Source of the DNA: Paratractidigestivibacter sp. | GTDB lineage: Bacteria; Bacteroidota; Bacteroidia; Bacteroidales; Bacteroidaceae | Length of the DNA stretch: 64,000 bases | Assembly (NCBI GenBank): GCA_963630695.1 | Contig: CAVGNV010000002.1 | Coordinates: forward strand, 79,197 to 143,196 | Direction: 5' to 3' | In this document: piece after piece, positions 10,021-19,178 of the stretch | How the letters are laid out: each line of letters begins with the position of its first letter | Position numbering within the stretch: the first letter of the stretch is position 1 | The notes under the pieces: generated by a model | The model's database searches: none | Told to the model about the DNA's origin: nothing | What the model saw: the letters and a program-made list of their open reading frames with translations, nothing else | Position numbers and translations under genes: made by a program

Positions 10021-10905
10021 ATGACCGAATATCACGTAATGCACGAAATCACGCCTTTAGACGATGGCAGTGATATCCTTTATATCGTAGAACGATACAA
10101 GAAAGAGTTTGACTATCCTATACATAACCATGAGTGTTACGAGCTCAATTTTGTTGAGCACGCAGCTGGTGTGCGACGCATCGTCGGTGATTCGGCAGAG
10201 ATTATCGGCGACTATGACTTGGCACTGATTACATCCCATGATCTTGAACACGTTTGGGAACAATATCAGTGTAAGAGCGAGCGTGTAAGGGAAATTACCA
10301 TCCAGTTTGCCTTTGATGAGGATGACCTCTTCTTGATGAAAGCTCCCTTCTCAGCCATCCGTCATATGATGAAAGAGGCTAAGAAAGGTATGGCATTCTC
10401 TATGCCCGCCATCATGAAGGTATATAACGACTTGACGCGCTTGGCTAAGATAACGGATAAGTTTGAAGCGATATCTGTGTTCTTCACCATCCTTAACACC
10501 CTTGCTACCACCGATGGGGCACACACACTGGCCACATCAAGCTATGCAAAGGTGCAGATTGAGGACGACTCGAAGCGTATCCTCAAGGTGAAAAACTATA
10601 TCAATGAGAACTATATGTACGAGCTTAAGCTTGAGACCTTGGCCGATTTGGCTAACATGAGCCAAAGTTCGTTTAGTCGTTTCTTCAAGCTTCACACCTC
10701 ACGCACCCTGTCCGACTATATCATCGATATTCGTCTTGGCAATGCTACGCGTATGTTGCTCAACACACAGGAGAGCATTTCTAATATCAGTTTCAACTGT
10801 GGGTATAACAATCTGAGCAACTTCAATCGCATCTTCAAGCGTAAGAAGGGTTGTTCGCCTACCGAGTTTCGTGAGCAATACCGCAAGATAAAGCGTGTCA
10901 TTTAG
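10021..10905 (+). CDS. AraC-family transcriptional regulator
   Basis: N-terminal cupin (PIHNH..YELN); C-terminal double HTH (LANMSQSSFSRFFK..CGYNNLSNFNRIFKRKKGCSPTEFR). Confidence 0.92.
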   Translation: MTEYHVMHEITPLDDGSDILYIVERYKKEFDYPIHNHECYELNFVEHAAGVRRIVGDSAEIIGDYDLALITSHDLEHVWEQYQCKSERVREITIQFAFDEDDLFLMKAPFSAIRHMMKEAKKGMAFSMPAIMKVYNDLTRLAKITDKFEAISVFFTILNTLATTDGAHTLATSSYAKVQIEDDSKRILKVKNYINENYMYELKLETLADLANMSQSSFSRFFKLHTSRTLSDYIIDIRLGNATRMLLNTQESISNISFNCGYNNLSNFNRIFKRKKGCSPTEFREQYRKIKRVI

Positions 10906-10957
10906 GGCATAAGGAATCTTTAATCTGAAATAATCAAAGATAAAATTATACATAAAA

Positions 10958-11920
10958 ATGGAAATTTTAAAGTTTGAACCCATTCTTAAACAGACCATTT
11001 GGGGTGGTGATAAGATCATTCCTTTCAAGCATCTCACCGATAGCATGGAGCAGGTAGGCGAGAGCTGGGAGATCTCTGGTGTCAAAGATAACGAGAGCGT
11101 AGTGAAAGATGGCGCCTTTAAGGGCATGAAGCTCAATGACCTCTTGGCTCAAGAGGGTGCTAAGCTTGTAGGCGAGGAGAACTATAAGCGATTTGGTAAC
11201 GAGTTCCCATTGCTCATCAAGTTTATCGATGCACGTCAACAGCTATCCATTCAGGTACATCCCACAGACGAGTTGGCGCAGAAGAGCGGATTCTCTCGTG
11301 GCAAAACAGAGATGTGGTATGTGATGAAGAGTGAGCCAGACGCTAACTTACGCAGCGGTTTGAAGCAAGCCATCACCCCCGAACAGTATAAAGAGATGGT
11401 GGCAAACGATACCATCACTGATGCCCTTTCTGAGTATCAGGTAAAGGATGGAGATGTATTCTTCTTGCCAGCAGGTCGTATTCATAGCATCGGTACAGGT
11501 TGTTTCCTTGCTGAAATACAAGAAACATCTGACGTGACCTATCGTATCTACGACTTCAAACGTAAGGATAAGGACGGCAACTATCGTCAGCTCCACACCG
11601 AGCAGGCGGCTGAATGTATCGATTACAGCGTGGAAGACGACTATCGCACACAGTATACACCGAAGCTTAACGAGGGTGTGGGTCTTGTAGAATGCCCTTA
11701 TTTCACCACATCAGTGTACGACTTGACCGAGCCAATGACGCTCGATTATAGCGACCTTGATAGCTTCGTGATCTTCATTGGTATGGAAGGTGAAGGTCAG
11801 ATTGAGGTTGAAGGTCAACCCGCAGTGCCTTTTGCAGCAGGCGAGTCGGTACTCATTCCAGCTACAGCAACCACATTGAAGGTATCAGGCACTATCAAGT
11901 TCCTCGAAACCTACGTATAA
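10958..11920 (+). CDS. manA: Mannose-6-phosphate isomerase, type I
   Basis: IWGG, GESWEIS, FPLLIKFIDA, LSIQVHP, GKTEMWY, AGRIHSIG, EIQETSDVTYR. Confidence 0.95.
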   Translation: MEILKFEPILKQTIWGGDKIIPFKHLTDSMEQVGESWEISGVKDNESVVKDGAFKGMKLNDLLAQEGAKLVGEENYKRFGNEFPLLIKFIDARQQLSIQVHPTDELAQKSGFSRGKTEMWYVMKSEPDANLRSGLKQAITPEQYKEMVANDTITDALSEYQVKDGDVFFLPAGRIHSIGTGCFLAEIQETSDVTYRIYDFKRKDKDGNYRQLHTEQAAECIDYSVEDDYRTQYTPKLNEGVGLVECPYFTTSVYDLTEPMTLDYSDLDSFVIFIGMEGEGQIEVEGQPAVPFAAGESVLIPATATTLKVSGTIKFLETYV

Positions 11921-11965
11921 TCAGCCTCACTTCTTTCCCATTGTAGGAAGGAGTCAGCATAAAAC

Positions 11966-12005
11966 AATAACGGCGGATAAGCTCTTTAGCATATCCGCCG
12001 TTATT
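11966..12005. terminator. Bidirectional terminator between manA and the ThrE-family gene
   Basis: Perfect 14-bp stem AATAACGGCGGATA / TATCCGCCGTTATT between convergent genes. Confidence 0.8.
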
Positions 12006-12022
12006 ATATATAAGGTGTAAAC

Positions 12023-13435
12023 CTAGGCAATCTCTTCTAGGTCAACGAACTCTCCTCTCTGCTTACGTTCCTCGATAAGCTTCTCAAGCTTCTTCTTGCG
12101 GTTGGGTGCAATCCACTTTCGTGCAAACACATTAGGGATATCCACACCTACTGCAATCATGATGATGATAAGCGAACCATTGATTGCGAAGTGAACGGCA
12201 GTGGTAAGCTCGCCCACTACACCTTGCATCTCAATGAATCCGTAGAGCGCACGGTACATCAACACACCTGGAACCATTGGGATAACGGCAGGTATCGTGA
12301 TACATTGGTGAGGCGTATGGAGCATGTGCACCACCTTAATATTAATAATACTGATGATGGCTGAACCACAAAGCGAGCCAATGATAGGGCCGAGATCTAG
12401 ACCGATGTTGCCGTTGCTAGCACCTAGGTTGATGAAGTTGCGTGAGCATACCGCGATGATACCGCCTATAGCAATCCATGGCATGAGGCGTTTGGGCACG
12501 TTGAAGATGGTGGCAAAGCCCATAGCTGAGATGCCTGCTGCTAGCGCAAACTCGCCAAATGAATGGTGAGGGATCATACTTAGATCCTTCACAAAGTTGT
12601 CAATGTTGAACACCTTAATAGCCAGCGCGATACCAAACGACATTGCCAGTACCATAAGCAACGTGCTGGTGGCGCGCACCAGACCTATCTCGATGTTGTT
12701 GTCAAGCATGTCGCTCACGAAGTTGATCAGTGGAACGCCCGGCACTATAAACAAAGCGCAAGCCATCAGAGGATGCCAAGGGGTCTTAGAGAAGAACACC
12801 GGTTGTAGCTCCTCGGGGATATAAGCCATACATTCGGGCGTAGAGATAAACGTAGAGAGCCACGCCAGCATGGTAGAAGCAAAGGCTGCAATAGCAATAT
12901 CTGCGTAGATGTTGGAACCAAGGTGGTTGAGGTACATACGCAGACGGTTGCCCAAGATGGCTGCTATCGAACAATAGAAGAACGCAGGCCAGTCGCATCC
13001 AAACTGAATACAGAATCCGCCGCAGGCAAATCCAGCACAGATGGCTACCATCCAGTCAGAGTAATGGCGCTTTCTAGTGGCTATCTCTTCCAACGCTTCG
13101 CTATAATCGTCAAGCGAATAATCTTCCTTTATGGCTTTCCACGTCAGACGGCTGATGTCTTGGATAGCCTCCATGTTGATGCCGTGCTTGTCACAACGTT
13201 GCATCTTAGAAAACGAATGCGTCTCGTCGCTGACGTTTACCTGTAGCATGTTGTAGGTGATTTGCATGTGGAGATGCTCCTCTGGTAGCCCGAGGAAGGC
13301 TGCAGCACGTTTCATGTTACGTTTGATGCGGCTTGTGTCGGCATTGCTTTCCATCAGAATCTGTCCCGTTCTGAGCAATAAGTCCAACTTTCTGCGTAAG
13401 ATAATCTCTGCTTCTGCTTGTGTTTCGTTGACCAT
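12023..13435 (-). CDS. ThrE-family exporter (fused YjjP/YjjB-like halves)
   Basis: LLLRTGQILMES.ADTSRI N-terminus; two repeats with IVPGVPLIN and PMVPGVLMY; many TM helices; start set at the ATG downstream of TACCTTTG (13494-13501). Confidence 0.85.
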   Translation of the reverse strand: MVNETQAEAEIILRRKLDLLLRTGQILMESNADTSRIKRNMKRAAAFLGLPEEHLHMQITYNMLQVNVSDETHSFSKMQRCDKHGINMEAIQDISRLTWKAIKEDYSLDDYSEALEEIATRKRHYSDWMVAICAGFACGGFCIQFGCDWPAFFYCSIAAILGNRLRMYLNHLGSNIYADIAIAAFASTMLAWLSTFISTPECMAYIPEELQPVFFSKTPWHPLMACALFIVPGVPLINFVSDMLDNNIEIGLVRATSTLLMVLAMSFGIALAIKVFNIDNFVKDLSMIPHHSFGEFALAAGISAMGFATIFNVPKRLMPWIAIGGIIAVCSRNFINLGASNGNIGLDLGPIIGSLCGSAIISIINIKVVHMLHTPHQCITIPAVIPMVPGVLMYRALYGFIEMQGVVGELTTAVHFAINGSLIIIMIAVGVDIPNVFARKWIAPNRKKKLEKLIEERKQRGEFVDLEEIA

Positions 13436-13796
13436 TTCCTGAATATAATGTATTATTTGTTGTGTCGAATTGTCGTTGACAAGTTTGCGTATGCAAAGGT
13501 ACAAAGGTTTTTCCAAATAGTATTTACCTTACCAGCGTATTCTATTTACTTCTTGTTGTATATCAATAGAAAAGCCCTGATGCACGTTGTTCTATGCCGT
13601 TTGAGCTTTCTTTTTGCTTTTCTCAAAGTGGCTGAAGTCGTGATGGAGCGTCTCTCGGCTTGCAAGATGATATGCAACGATTATCAATGAAATCTTCAAA
13701 AAACTCATGTCAAATGGGTTAAACGTTTTGGTAATCCATCTTTTATCCTTAACTTTGCATAGAATAGCACCCTGTTCTAAAAAGCTTATAAATGAT

Positions 13797-15572
13797 ATGA
13801 AAGACTTTCTCAAATACGTTTTAGCCACAGTAGTAGGTTTAATGGCTTTCAGCATCGTTGTGTTTCTGTTCGGCCTTATTGGTCTGATGGGCATCGTTGC
13901 CAGTCAAGAAACTACTACGTCTATACCCGATCAGTCGGTAATGGTACTCAACCTGTCGGGTACGCTTAACGAACGTGCCCAAGCTAATCCCTTGGAACAG
14001 TTGCAAGGGGGTGCCCCCTCGGCTATGGGGCTTGATGATATGCTTGCCGCCATCCGCAAGGCAAAGACCGCAGATGAGGTGAAGGGTATCTACATTGAAG
14101 CAGGTGCGTTCATGCCCGACTCGTATGCGTCCTTGCAGGCGTTGCGTAGAGCCTTGGCCGACTTCCGTAGCAGTGGCAAATGGATTATCGCTTATGGTGA
14201 TAGCTACACACAAGCGTGCTATTACGTAGCTTCAGTGGCCGACCAAGTGCTGGTCAATCCGCAAGGCGTGGTAGACCTACATGGTTTGGCTTCGAAGCCA
14301 ATGTTTGTCAAAGACCTCCTGGAAAAGGTGGGTGTAGCCGTGCAAGTGGTTAAGGTGGGTGCTTATAAGAGCGCTACCGAGATGTTCACGGGTGAGAAGA
14401 TGAGTGATGCCGACCGTGCTCAGACCACCGCATATCTAACCGGAATTTGGCAGAACGTGGTAAAAGATATTGCTGCTAGTCGCCATCTCACCGCGCAACA
14501 GGTTAATGCTTATGCTGACAGCGCAGTGATGTTGATGGACGCTTCCCAGTATAAGAAGCTGCGTCTTGTGGATGATCTCTGCTATACGGATGAGGTGAAG
14601 CAAATCATCAAACGCAAGTTGGGTCTAGATAATGACGACGCAGTAAAGCAAGTGTCAGTTAAAGCAGTGGTCAATGCGCCTACTAATCAAGTGGAAGAGG
14701 GCGATGAGATTGCCGTCTACTATGCCTATGGCGATATCGTTGATGGTGTTACGGGTATCGCAAACCAAAAGCATGTGATTGATGCACAGACCGTTTGTAA
14801 AGACCTTGAAGACCTGATGAATGATGATGCCGTAAAGGCTGTGGTGCTTCGCGTCAACTCTGGCGGTGGCTCAGCTTACGCTTCAGAACAGATTTGTCAT
14901 CAGATACAGAAGCTACGCGCTAAGAAACCCGTTGTGGTATCAATGGGTGGAATGGCTGCTTCGGGTGGATATTATATCAGTAGCTTTGCCAACTGGATTG
15001 TTGCAGAGCCTACCACGCTGACCGGTTCGATCGGAATCTTTGGCGTTGTACCCGAGTTTAGCGGTCTGTTGCAGAATAAACTGGGATTGAAATTTGACAT
15101 TGTCAAAACCAATAAGTATAGCGATTTTGGCGACGTGAGCCGTCCGTTCAGTGCCGATGAGATGCACTTGCTTGAAGGACAAATCGATCGCGGTTACAAA
15201 CTGTTCCGCCAACGTGTGGCAACAGGACGTCATCTCACCATCGATCAGGTGGAGAAGGTGGCACAAGGTCATGTTTGGCTAGGACAAGATGCGCTGAAAA
15301 TCAAGCTTGTTGACCAACTAGGCGGACTGGATGCAGCTGTGGATAAGGCAGCCAAACTGGCTAAGTTACCAGATTATTATACGGCTAGCTATCCCGCATC
15401 AGAGGGGCTCTTTACCCAGTTGTTCTCTCGAATGACAAGCAATGACACCTATCTCGATGAACACCTACAAGCTGCTTTAGGCGAATACTATCAGCCTTTG
15501 ATGCTCATTCGTGACGTCAAGAGTTATAATCCGCTGCAAGCTCGCATGCCGTTCTTCCCTAATATACAATAA
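13797..15572 (+). CDS. sppA: Signal peptide peptidase SppA (67K type)
   Basis: KVGAYKSA, LRVNSGGGSA, VSMGGMAASGGYYIS, TGSIGIFG, AQGHVWLG; promoter TAACTTTG at 13750. Confidence 0.95.
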   Translation: MKDFLKYVLATVVGLMAFSIVVFLFGLIGLMGIVASQETTTSIPDQSVMVLNLSGTLNERAQANPLEQLQGGAPSAMGLDDMLAAIRKAKTADEVKGIYIEAGAFMPDSYASLQALRRALADFRSSGKWIIAYGDSYTQACYYVASVADQVLVNPQGVVDLHGLASKPMFVKDLLEKVGVAVQVVKVGAYKSATEMFTGEKMSDADRAQTTAYLTGIWQNVVKDIAASRHLTAQQVNAYADSAVMLMDASQYKKLRLVDDLCYTDEVKQIIKRKLGLDNDDAVKQVSVKAVVNAPTNQVEEGDEIAVYYAYGDIVDGVTGIANQKHVIDAQTVCKDLEDLMNDDAVKAVVLRVNSGGGSAYASEQICHQIQKLRAKKPVVVSMGGMAASGGYYISSFANWIVAEPTTLTGSIGIFGVVPEFSGLLQNKLGLKFDIVKTNKYSDFGDVSRPFSADEMHLLEGQIDRGYKLFRQRVATGRHLTIDQVEKVAQGHVWLGQDALKIKLVDQLGGLDAAVDKAAKLAKLPDYYTASYPASEGLFTQLFSRMTSNDTYLDEHLQAALGEYYQPLMLIRDVKSYNPLQARMPFFPNIQ

Positions 15573-15620
15573 TGGTGAGAACATTGCAAGAATCATTAAC
15601 CCCTTAATAACCCTTTATAT

Positions 15621-16856
15621 TTGGAAGGCGATTTTATCAAAATCAATGAATGGCTCCGCCCTTTGAGTTGGCTTTATGGGCTCGGTGTGGGTATACGCAA
15701 TCACATGTTCGACTTGGGTATCCTTAAGAGTCGTAGCTTTCGGCTCCCCGTCATATCGATAGGCAATATCACCGTGGGCGGATCAGGCAAGACACCGCAC
15801 GTCGAATACCTCATACGGTTGCTTGAAGATAAGGTGCGTGTGGCGGTGCTCAGTCGTGGATATAAGCGTAAGAGCCGAGGATATGTCTTGGCTGACAAGG
15901 ATACACCTATGCCGATGATAGGCGACGAACCCTATCAGATGAAGAAGAAGTATCCCAATGTCTATGTCGCTGTGGACAAGAATCGATGTAAAGCCATTGA
16001 TAGGCTCACCTCAGATGAGGAAACTAACGATACCGATGTGGTGCTTCTAGATGACGCTTATCAGTATAGGTATGTCAAGCCAGGACTTAACATCCTCTTG
16101 GTGGACTATCACCGACTGATTCTCTATGATGAGTTGTTGCCCGCCGGACGACTGAGAGAGCCTCGAAGTGGCAAGAGTAGGGCCGACATCGTCATCGTAA
16201 CGAAGTGCCCCGCCAATCTGAAGCCCGTGGATTATCGTGTGCTCACCAAGGCGATGAACCTCTATCCATATCAAGAACTTTATTTCTCTTGCATCTGTTA
16301 CGACTCGTTGGCTCAGCTATATGGTACCACTCAACGCTCGCTCCACTCTATCCTCAACCATCATGTGTTGCTGCTTACAGGCATTGCATCGCCCAAACAG
16401 ATGGAGCTAGACCTCACGCCATATATCTCAGGTGTGCATGAGACGCCTAAGACCGTAGGCCCTCAAGCGATGGTTAAGCCCAAACCATCTCCGCTGATCC
16501 ATCCCTTGTCATTTCCGGATCACCACGCTTTCACCCGAAAAGACGTGCGCCGCATCAATGAAGCCTACCAGCAGCTTCCCGAGCCGCGCATCATCATCAC
16601 CACAGAGAAGGATGCCTCAAGGCTGGAACAGGTCGAAGGACTAAGCGACGAAGTAAGAAACAATATCTATGTGCTCCCCATTCGCGTTCAGATTATGCTT
16701 GGAAAGGAGGAGCATTTTAATGAAAAAATAGTAAGCTATGTACGCAAAAATTCAAGAAACAGCATCTTGGCTAAAAGCCAAAATGACCACAAGTCCAACC
16801 ACCGCCATCATTCTGGGAACCGGTCTAGGACAATTAGCTTCCGAGATAACCGATAG
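15621..16856 (+). CDS. lpxK: Tetraacyldisaccharide 4'-kinase
   Basis: SIGNITVGGSGKTP P-loop, LSRGYKR, GDEP, LLDDAYQ, LPAGRLREP, FPDHH, TTEKDA; TTG start. Confidence 0.93.
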   Translation: MEGDFIKINEWLRPLSWLYGLGVGIRNHMFDLGILKSRSFRLPVISIGNITVGGSGKTPHVEYLIRLLEDKVRVAVLSRGYKRKSRGYVLADKDTPMPMIGDEPYQMKKKYPNVYVAVDKNRCKAIDRLTSDEETNDTDVVLLDDAYQYRYVKPGLNILLVDYHRLILYDELLPAGRLREPRSGKSRADIVIVTKCPANLKPVDYRVLTKAMNLYPYQELYFSCICYDSLAQLYGTTQRSLHSILNHHVLLLTGIASPKQMELDLTPYISGVHETPKTVGPQAMVKPKPSPLIHPLSFPDHHAFTRKDVRRINEAYQQLPEPRIIITTEKDASRLEQVEGLSDEVRNNIYVLPIRVQIMLGKEEHFNEKIVSYVRKNSRNSILAKSQNDHKSNHRHHSGNRSRTISFRDNR

Positions 16857-17550
16857 TTACGAGTTCTCTTATGCAGATATCCCCAACTTCCCCGTATCTA
16901 CTGTTGAGGGACATGCCGGCAAACTGATCTTCGGTAAGCTTGGTGGAAAGGATATTATGGCTATGGAGGGCCGCTTCCACTTCTATGAAGGCTACTCAAT
17001 GAAGGAAGTGACGTTCCCCATCCGTGTGATGAGCGAACTCGGAATCAAAACGCTCTTTGTCAGCAATGCCTCTGGTGGTATGAATCCAACGTTCAAGATA
17101 GGTGACCTAATGGTTATTACGGATCATCTCAACTTGTTCCCCGAACATCCGTTGCGTGGCAAAAACTTCCCCACAGGCCCTCGTTTCCTCGATATGCACG
17201 AAGCATATGACCATGAGCTCATCGCGCTTGCCGATCAGATTGCCGAGGAAAAAGGCGTTGTGTTGAAGCATGGTGTCTATGTCGGAGTGCAAGGCCCTAC
17301 CTACGAAACCCCTTCTGAGTATCGTATGTATCACCTCTTAGGCGGCGATGCAGTGGGTATGAGCACCGTACCCGAGGTGATTGTGGCTCGTCATAGCGGT
17401 ATCAAAGTGTTTGGTATCAGCGTGGTGACCGACCTTGGAGGCTTTGATGTGCCCGTGGAAGTGAATCACGAGGAAGTGCAGCAAGCCGCTAATGCAGCCC
17501 AACCCATCATGACGATGGTGATGCGTGAGATGATTAAGCGTTCCAAGTAA
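16738..17550 (+). CDS. punA: Purine-nucleoside phosphorylase (trimeric type)
   Basis: IILGTGLG, STVEGHAG, GRFHFYEGY, GPTYETPSE, DAVGMSTVPEV. Confidence 0.93.
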   Translation: MYAKIQETASWLKAKMTTSPTTAIILGTGLGQLASEITDSYEFSYADIPNFPVSTVEGHAGKLIFGKLGGKDIMAMEGRFHFYEGYSMKEVTFPIRVMSELGIKTLFVSNASGGMNPTFKIGDLMVITDHLNLFPEHPLRGKNFPTGPRFLDMHEAYDHELIALADQIAEEKGVVLKHGVYVGVQGPTYETPSEYRMYHLLGGDAVGMSTVPEVIVARHSGIKVFGISVVTDLGGFDVPVEVNHEEVQQAANAAQPIMTMVMREMIKRSK

Positions 17551-17590
17551 TGACCATTGCACGTTCCTAATATACCTATAATATTAAGAA

Positions 17591-18703
17591 ATGGAAATAA
17601 AAGAAATCGGACAGTTTGGTTTGATTGATCGCGTCACAGCTCCTTTCGCGCTTCACAATGCCACTTCGCTCGTTGGGGTGGGGGACGATTGTGCCGTAAT
17701 AGATAGCGGTGACCATCTCACCTTGCTCTCTACGCAGCTCTTCATGGAAGGCGTGCAGTTTGATTTGACCTATATCGACCTACAGCACCTAGCTTATAAG
17801 GTAGCAATGGCTACTATGAGCAACATCTTTGCGATGAATGGTAAACCCCAGCAGATGCTCGTCTCGTTGGGCATAGGTAAGCGATTTAAGGTTGAAGACA
17901 TTGATAGCTTCTATGCAGGGCTACGCATGGCATGTGAGAAATGGGGCGTTGATCTCGTCGGAGGCGACACCACCTCTTCTTTTACGGGCCTTGCTATCAA
18001 TCTCACTTGTGTGGGAACAGTGGCTAAGGATGATGTGGTCTATCGCAAGGGTGCAAAGGAAACCGACCTGATATGTGTCACTGGTGACCTAGGCTCAGCC
18101 TATATGGGATTGCAAATCTTGGAGCGCGAGAAGATGGTCTACTATCAACAGGTGGACGATTATAACAAGAAGATGAAGCAAGCCATCGACGCTAAGGATG
18201 ATGCAAAGGTAAAAAGCCTGCAAGCTAACCGCCAGATGGTAGAGGATTTTCAGCCCGATTTTGCTGGGAAAGAATACCTCATCGATCGCCAACTCAAACC
18301 CGAGACACGTGGAGATATGCTTCAGCGCTTAGCTGAGGCGGGCATCAAGCCTACCGCAATGATTGATGTCTCTGACGGTTTGGCTAGCGAACTGCGTCAC
18401 ATCTGTGAGGCGAGCCATTGCGGTTGTCGTGTTTATGAGAAGAATATCCCTATCGACTATCAGACGGCAGCCACCTGTGAAGAGTTTAATATGAACCTTA
18501 CCACGGCAGCACTGAGCGGTGGCGAAGACTATGAATTGCTCTTCACCATCCCTATTGGTGACCATGAAAAAGTGGAAACACTTGAGGGTGTGCGCCAGAT
18601 AGGCTACATCACCAAGGAGAATTTAGGTCGCTATCTTGTGGCACGTGACGGACAAGAGTTTGAGTTGCGCTCACAAGGGTGGGGAGAAGCGAAAGAAAAA
18701 TAA
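17591..18703 (+). CDS. thiL: Thiamine-monophosphate kinase family protein with active-site substitutions
   Basis: GVGDDCAV, VGGDTT, DVSDGLASEL, GGEDYELLFT; usual TD and SD metal ligands appear as TQ and SN. Confidence 0.85.
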   Translation: MEIKEIGQFGLIDRVTAPFALHNATSLVGVGDDCAVIDSGDHLTLLSTQLFMEGVQFDLTYIDLQHLAYKVAMATMSNIFAMNGKPQQMLVSLGIGKRFKVEDIDSFYAGLRMACEKWGVDLVGGDTTSSFTGLAINLTCVGTVAKDDVVYRKGAKETDLICVTGDLGSAYMGLQILEREKMVYYQQVDDYNKKMKQAIDAKDDAKVKSLQANRQMVEDFQPDFAGKEYLIDRQLKPETRGDMLQRLAEAGIKPTAMIDVSDGLASELRHICEASHCGCRVYEKNIPIDYQTAATCEEFNMNLTTAALSGGEDYELLFTIPIGDHEKVETLEGVRQIGYITKENLGRYLVARDGQEFELRSQGWGEAKEK

Positions 18704-18704
18704 G

Positions 18705-18748
18705 TTTAAGCGTAGTGCCGGTGTTGTTATTGGGTCACTACGCTTAAA
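18705..18748 (+). terminator. Stem-loop after thiL
   Basis: Perfect 13-bp stem TTTAAGCGTAGTG / CACTACGCTTAAA. Confidence 0.7.
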
Positions 18749-18857
18749 TGTTTGATAATGAGCGTGATTGCACTTGTTGTGTGTACGTAATACCAAAGGA
18801 AATGTACTGACAATCGGTTGTTAACGGAAGTTAAACTGAAAAATATTCCTTAGAAAG

Positions 18858-18889
18858 TTTGTTGGAACCGAAATAAAGTACTACCTTTG
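18858..18889 (+). promoter_or_regulatory. tRNA-Phe promoter
   Basis: TTTG (18858) - 20 bp - TACCTTTG (18882), a consensus Bacteroidota -33/-7. Confidence 0.8.
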
Positions 18890-18907
18890 CAACCGCAAAA
18901 CCAAAAC

Positions 18908-18980
18908 GGTACCTTAGCTCAGGTGGTAGAGCAATGGACTGAAAATCCATGTGTCCTTGGTTCAACTCCAAGAGGTACCA
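18908..18980 (+). tRNA. tRNA-Phe (GAA)
   Basis: Cloverleaf: acceptor GGTACCT/AGGTACC, D-stem GCTC/GAGC, anticodon arm ATGGA-CTGAAAA-TCCAT, T-arm CTTGG-TTCAACT-CCAAG; CCA not encoded. Confidence 0.97.
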
Positions 18981-18994
18981 CTCCTCCTTTCATT

Positions 18995-19028
18995 AGGGCG
19001 ATTCTATTCGTAGATCGCTCTTTTTTTT
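18995..19028 (+). terminator. Terminator after tRNA-Phe
   Basis: AGGGCGAT..ATCGCTC hairpin followed by T8. Confidence 0.85.
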
Positions 19029-19178
19029 ATGTCCAAATTTTAGTGCCTTCGCTCTCCTTTATATTTTGAACGCACTAAGAAAAGGGAATAATCCTATTCT
19101 CTAATCCAAGATTTTTTGTAACTTTACCGCACCAAATCGCCCCCTACTACGTGCTTACCGCATCTCGAAAAACTAAAC

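Noticed and set aside
13707..13796. N-terminal extensions in the ORF track (sppA, ThrE, CE7, DUF1599, cca, rpsO)
   Set aside because: Most run through TAnnTTTG promoter elements, and that of rpsO through its leader; downstream ATGs give family-typical starts
18140..18250. Helical insertion in ThiL
   Set aside because: As I recall, similar insertions occur in Prevotella ThiL, so it is probably a lineage trait (not verified here)
18887..19069. 60-aa ORF
   Set aside because: Overlaps tRNA-Phe and its terminator
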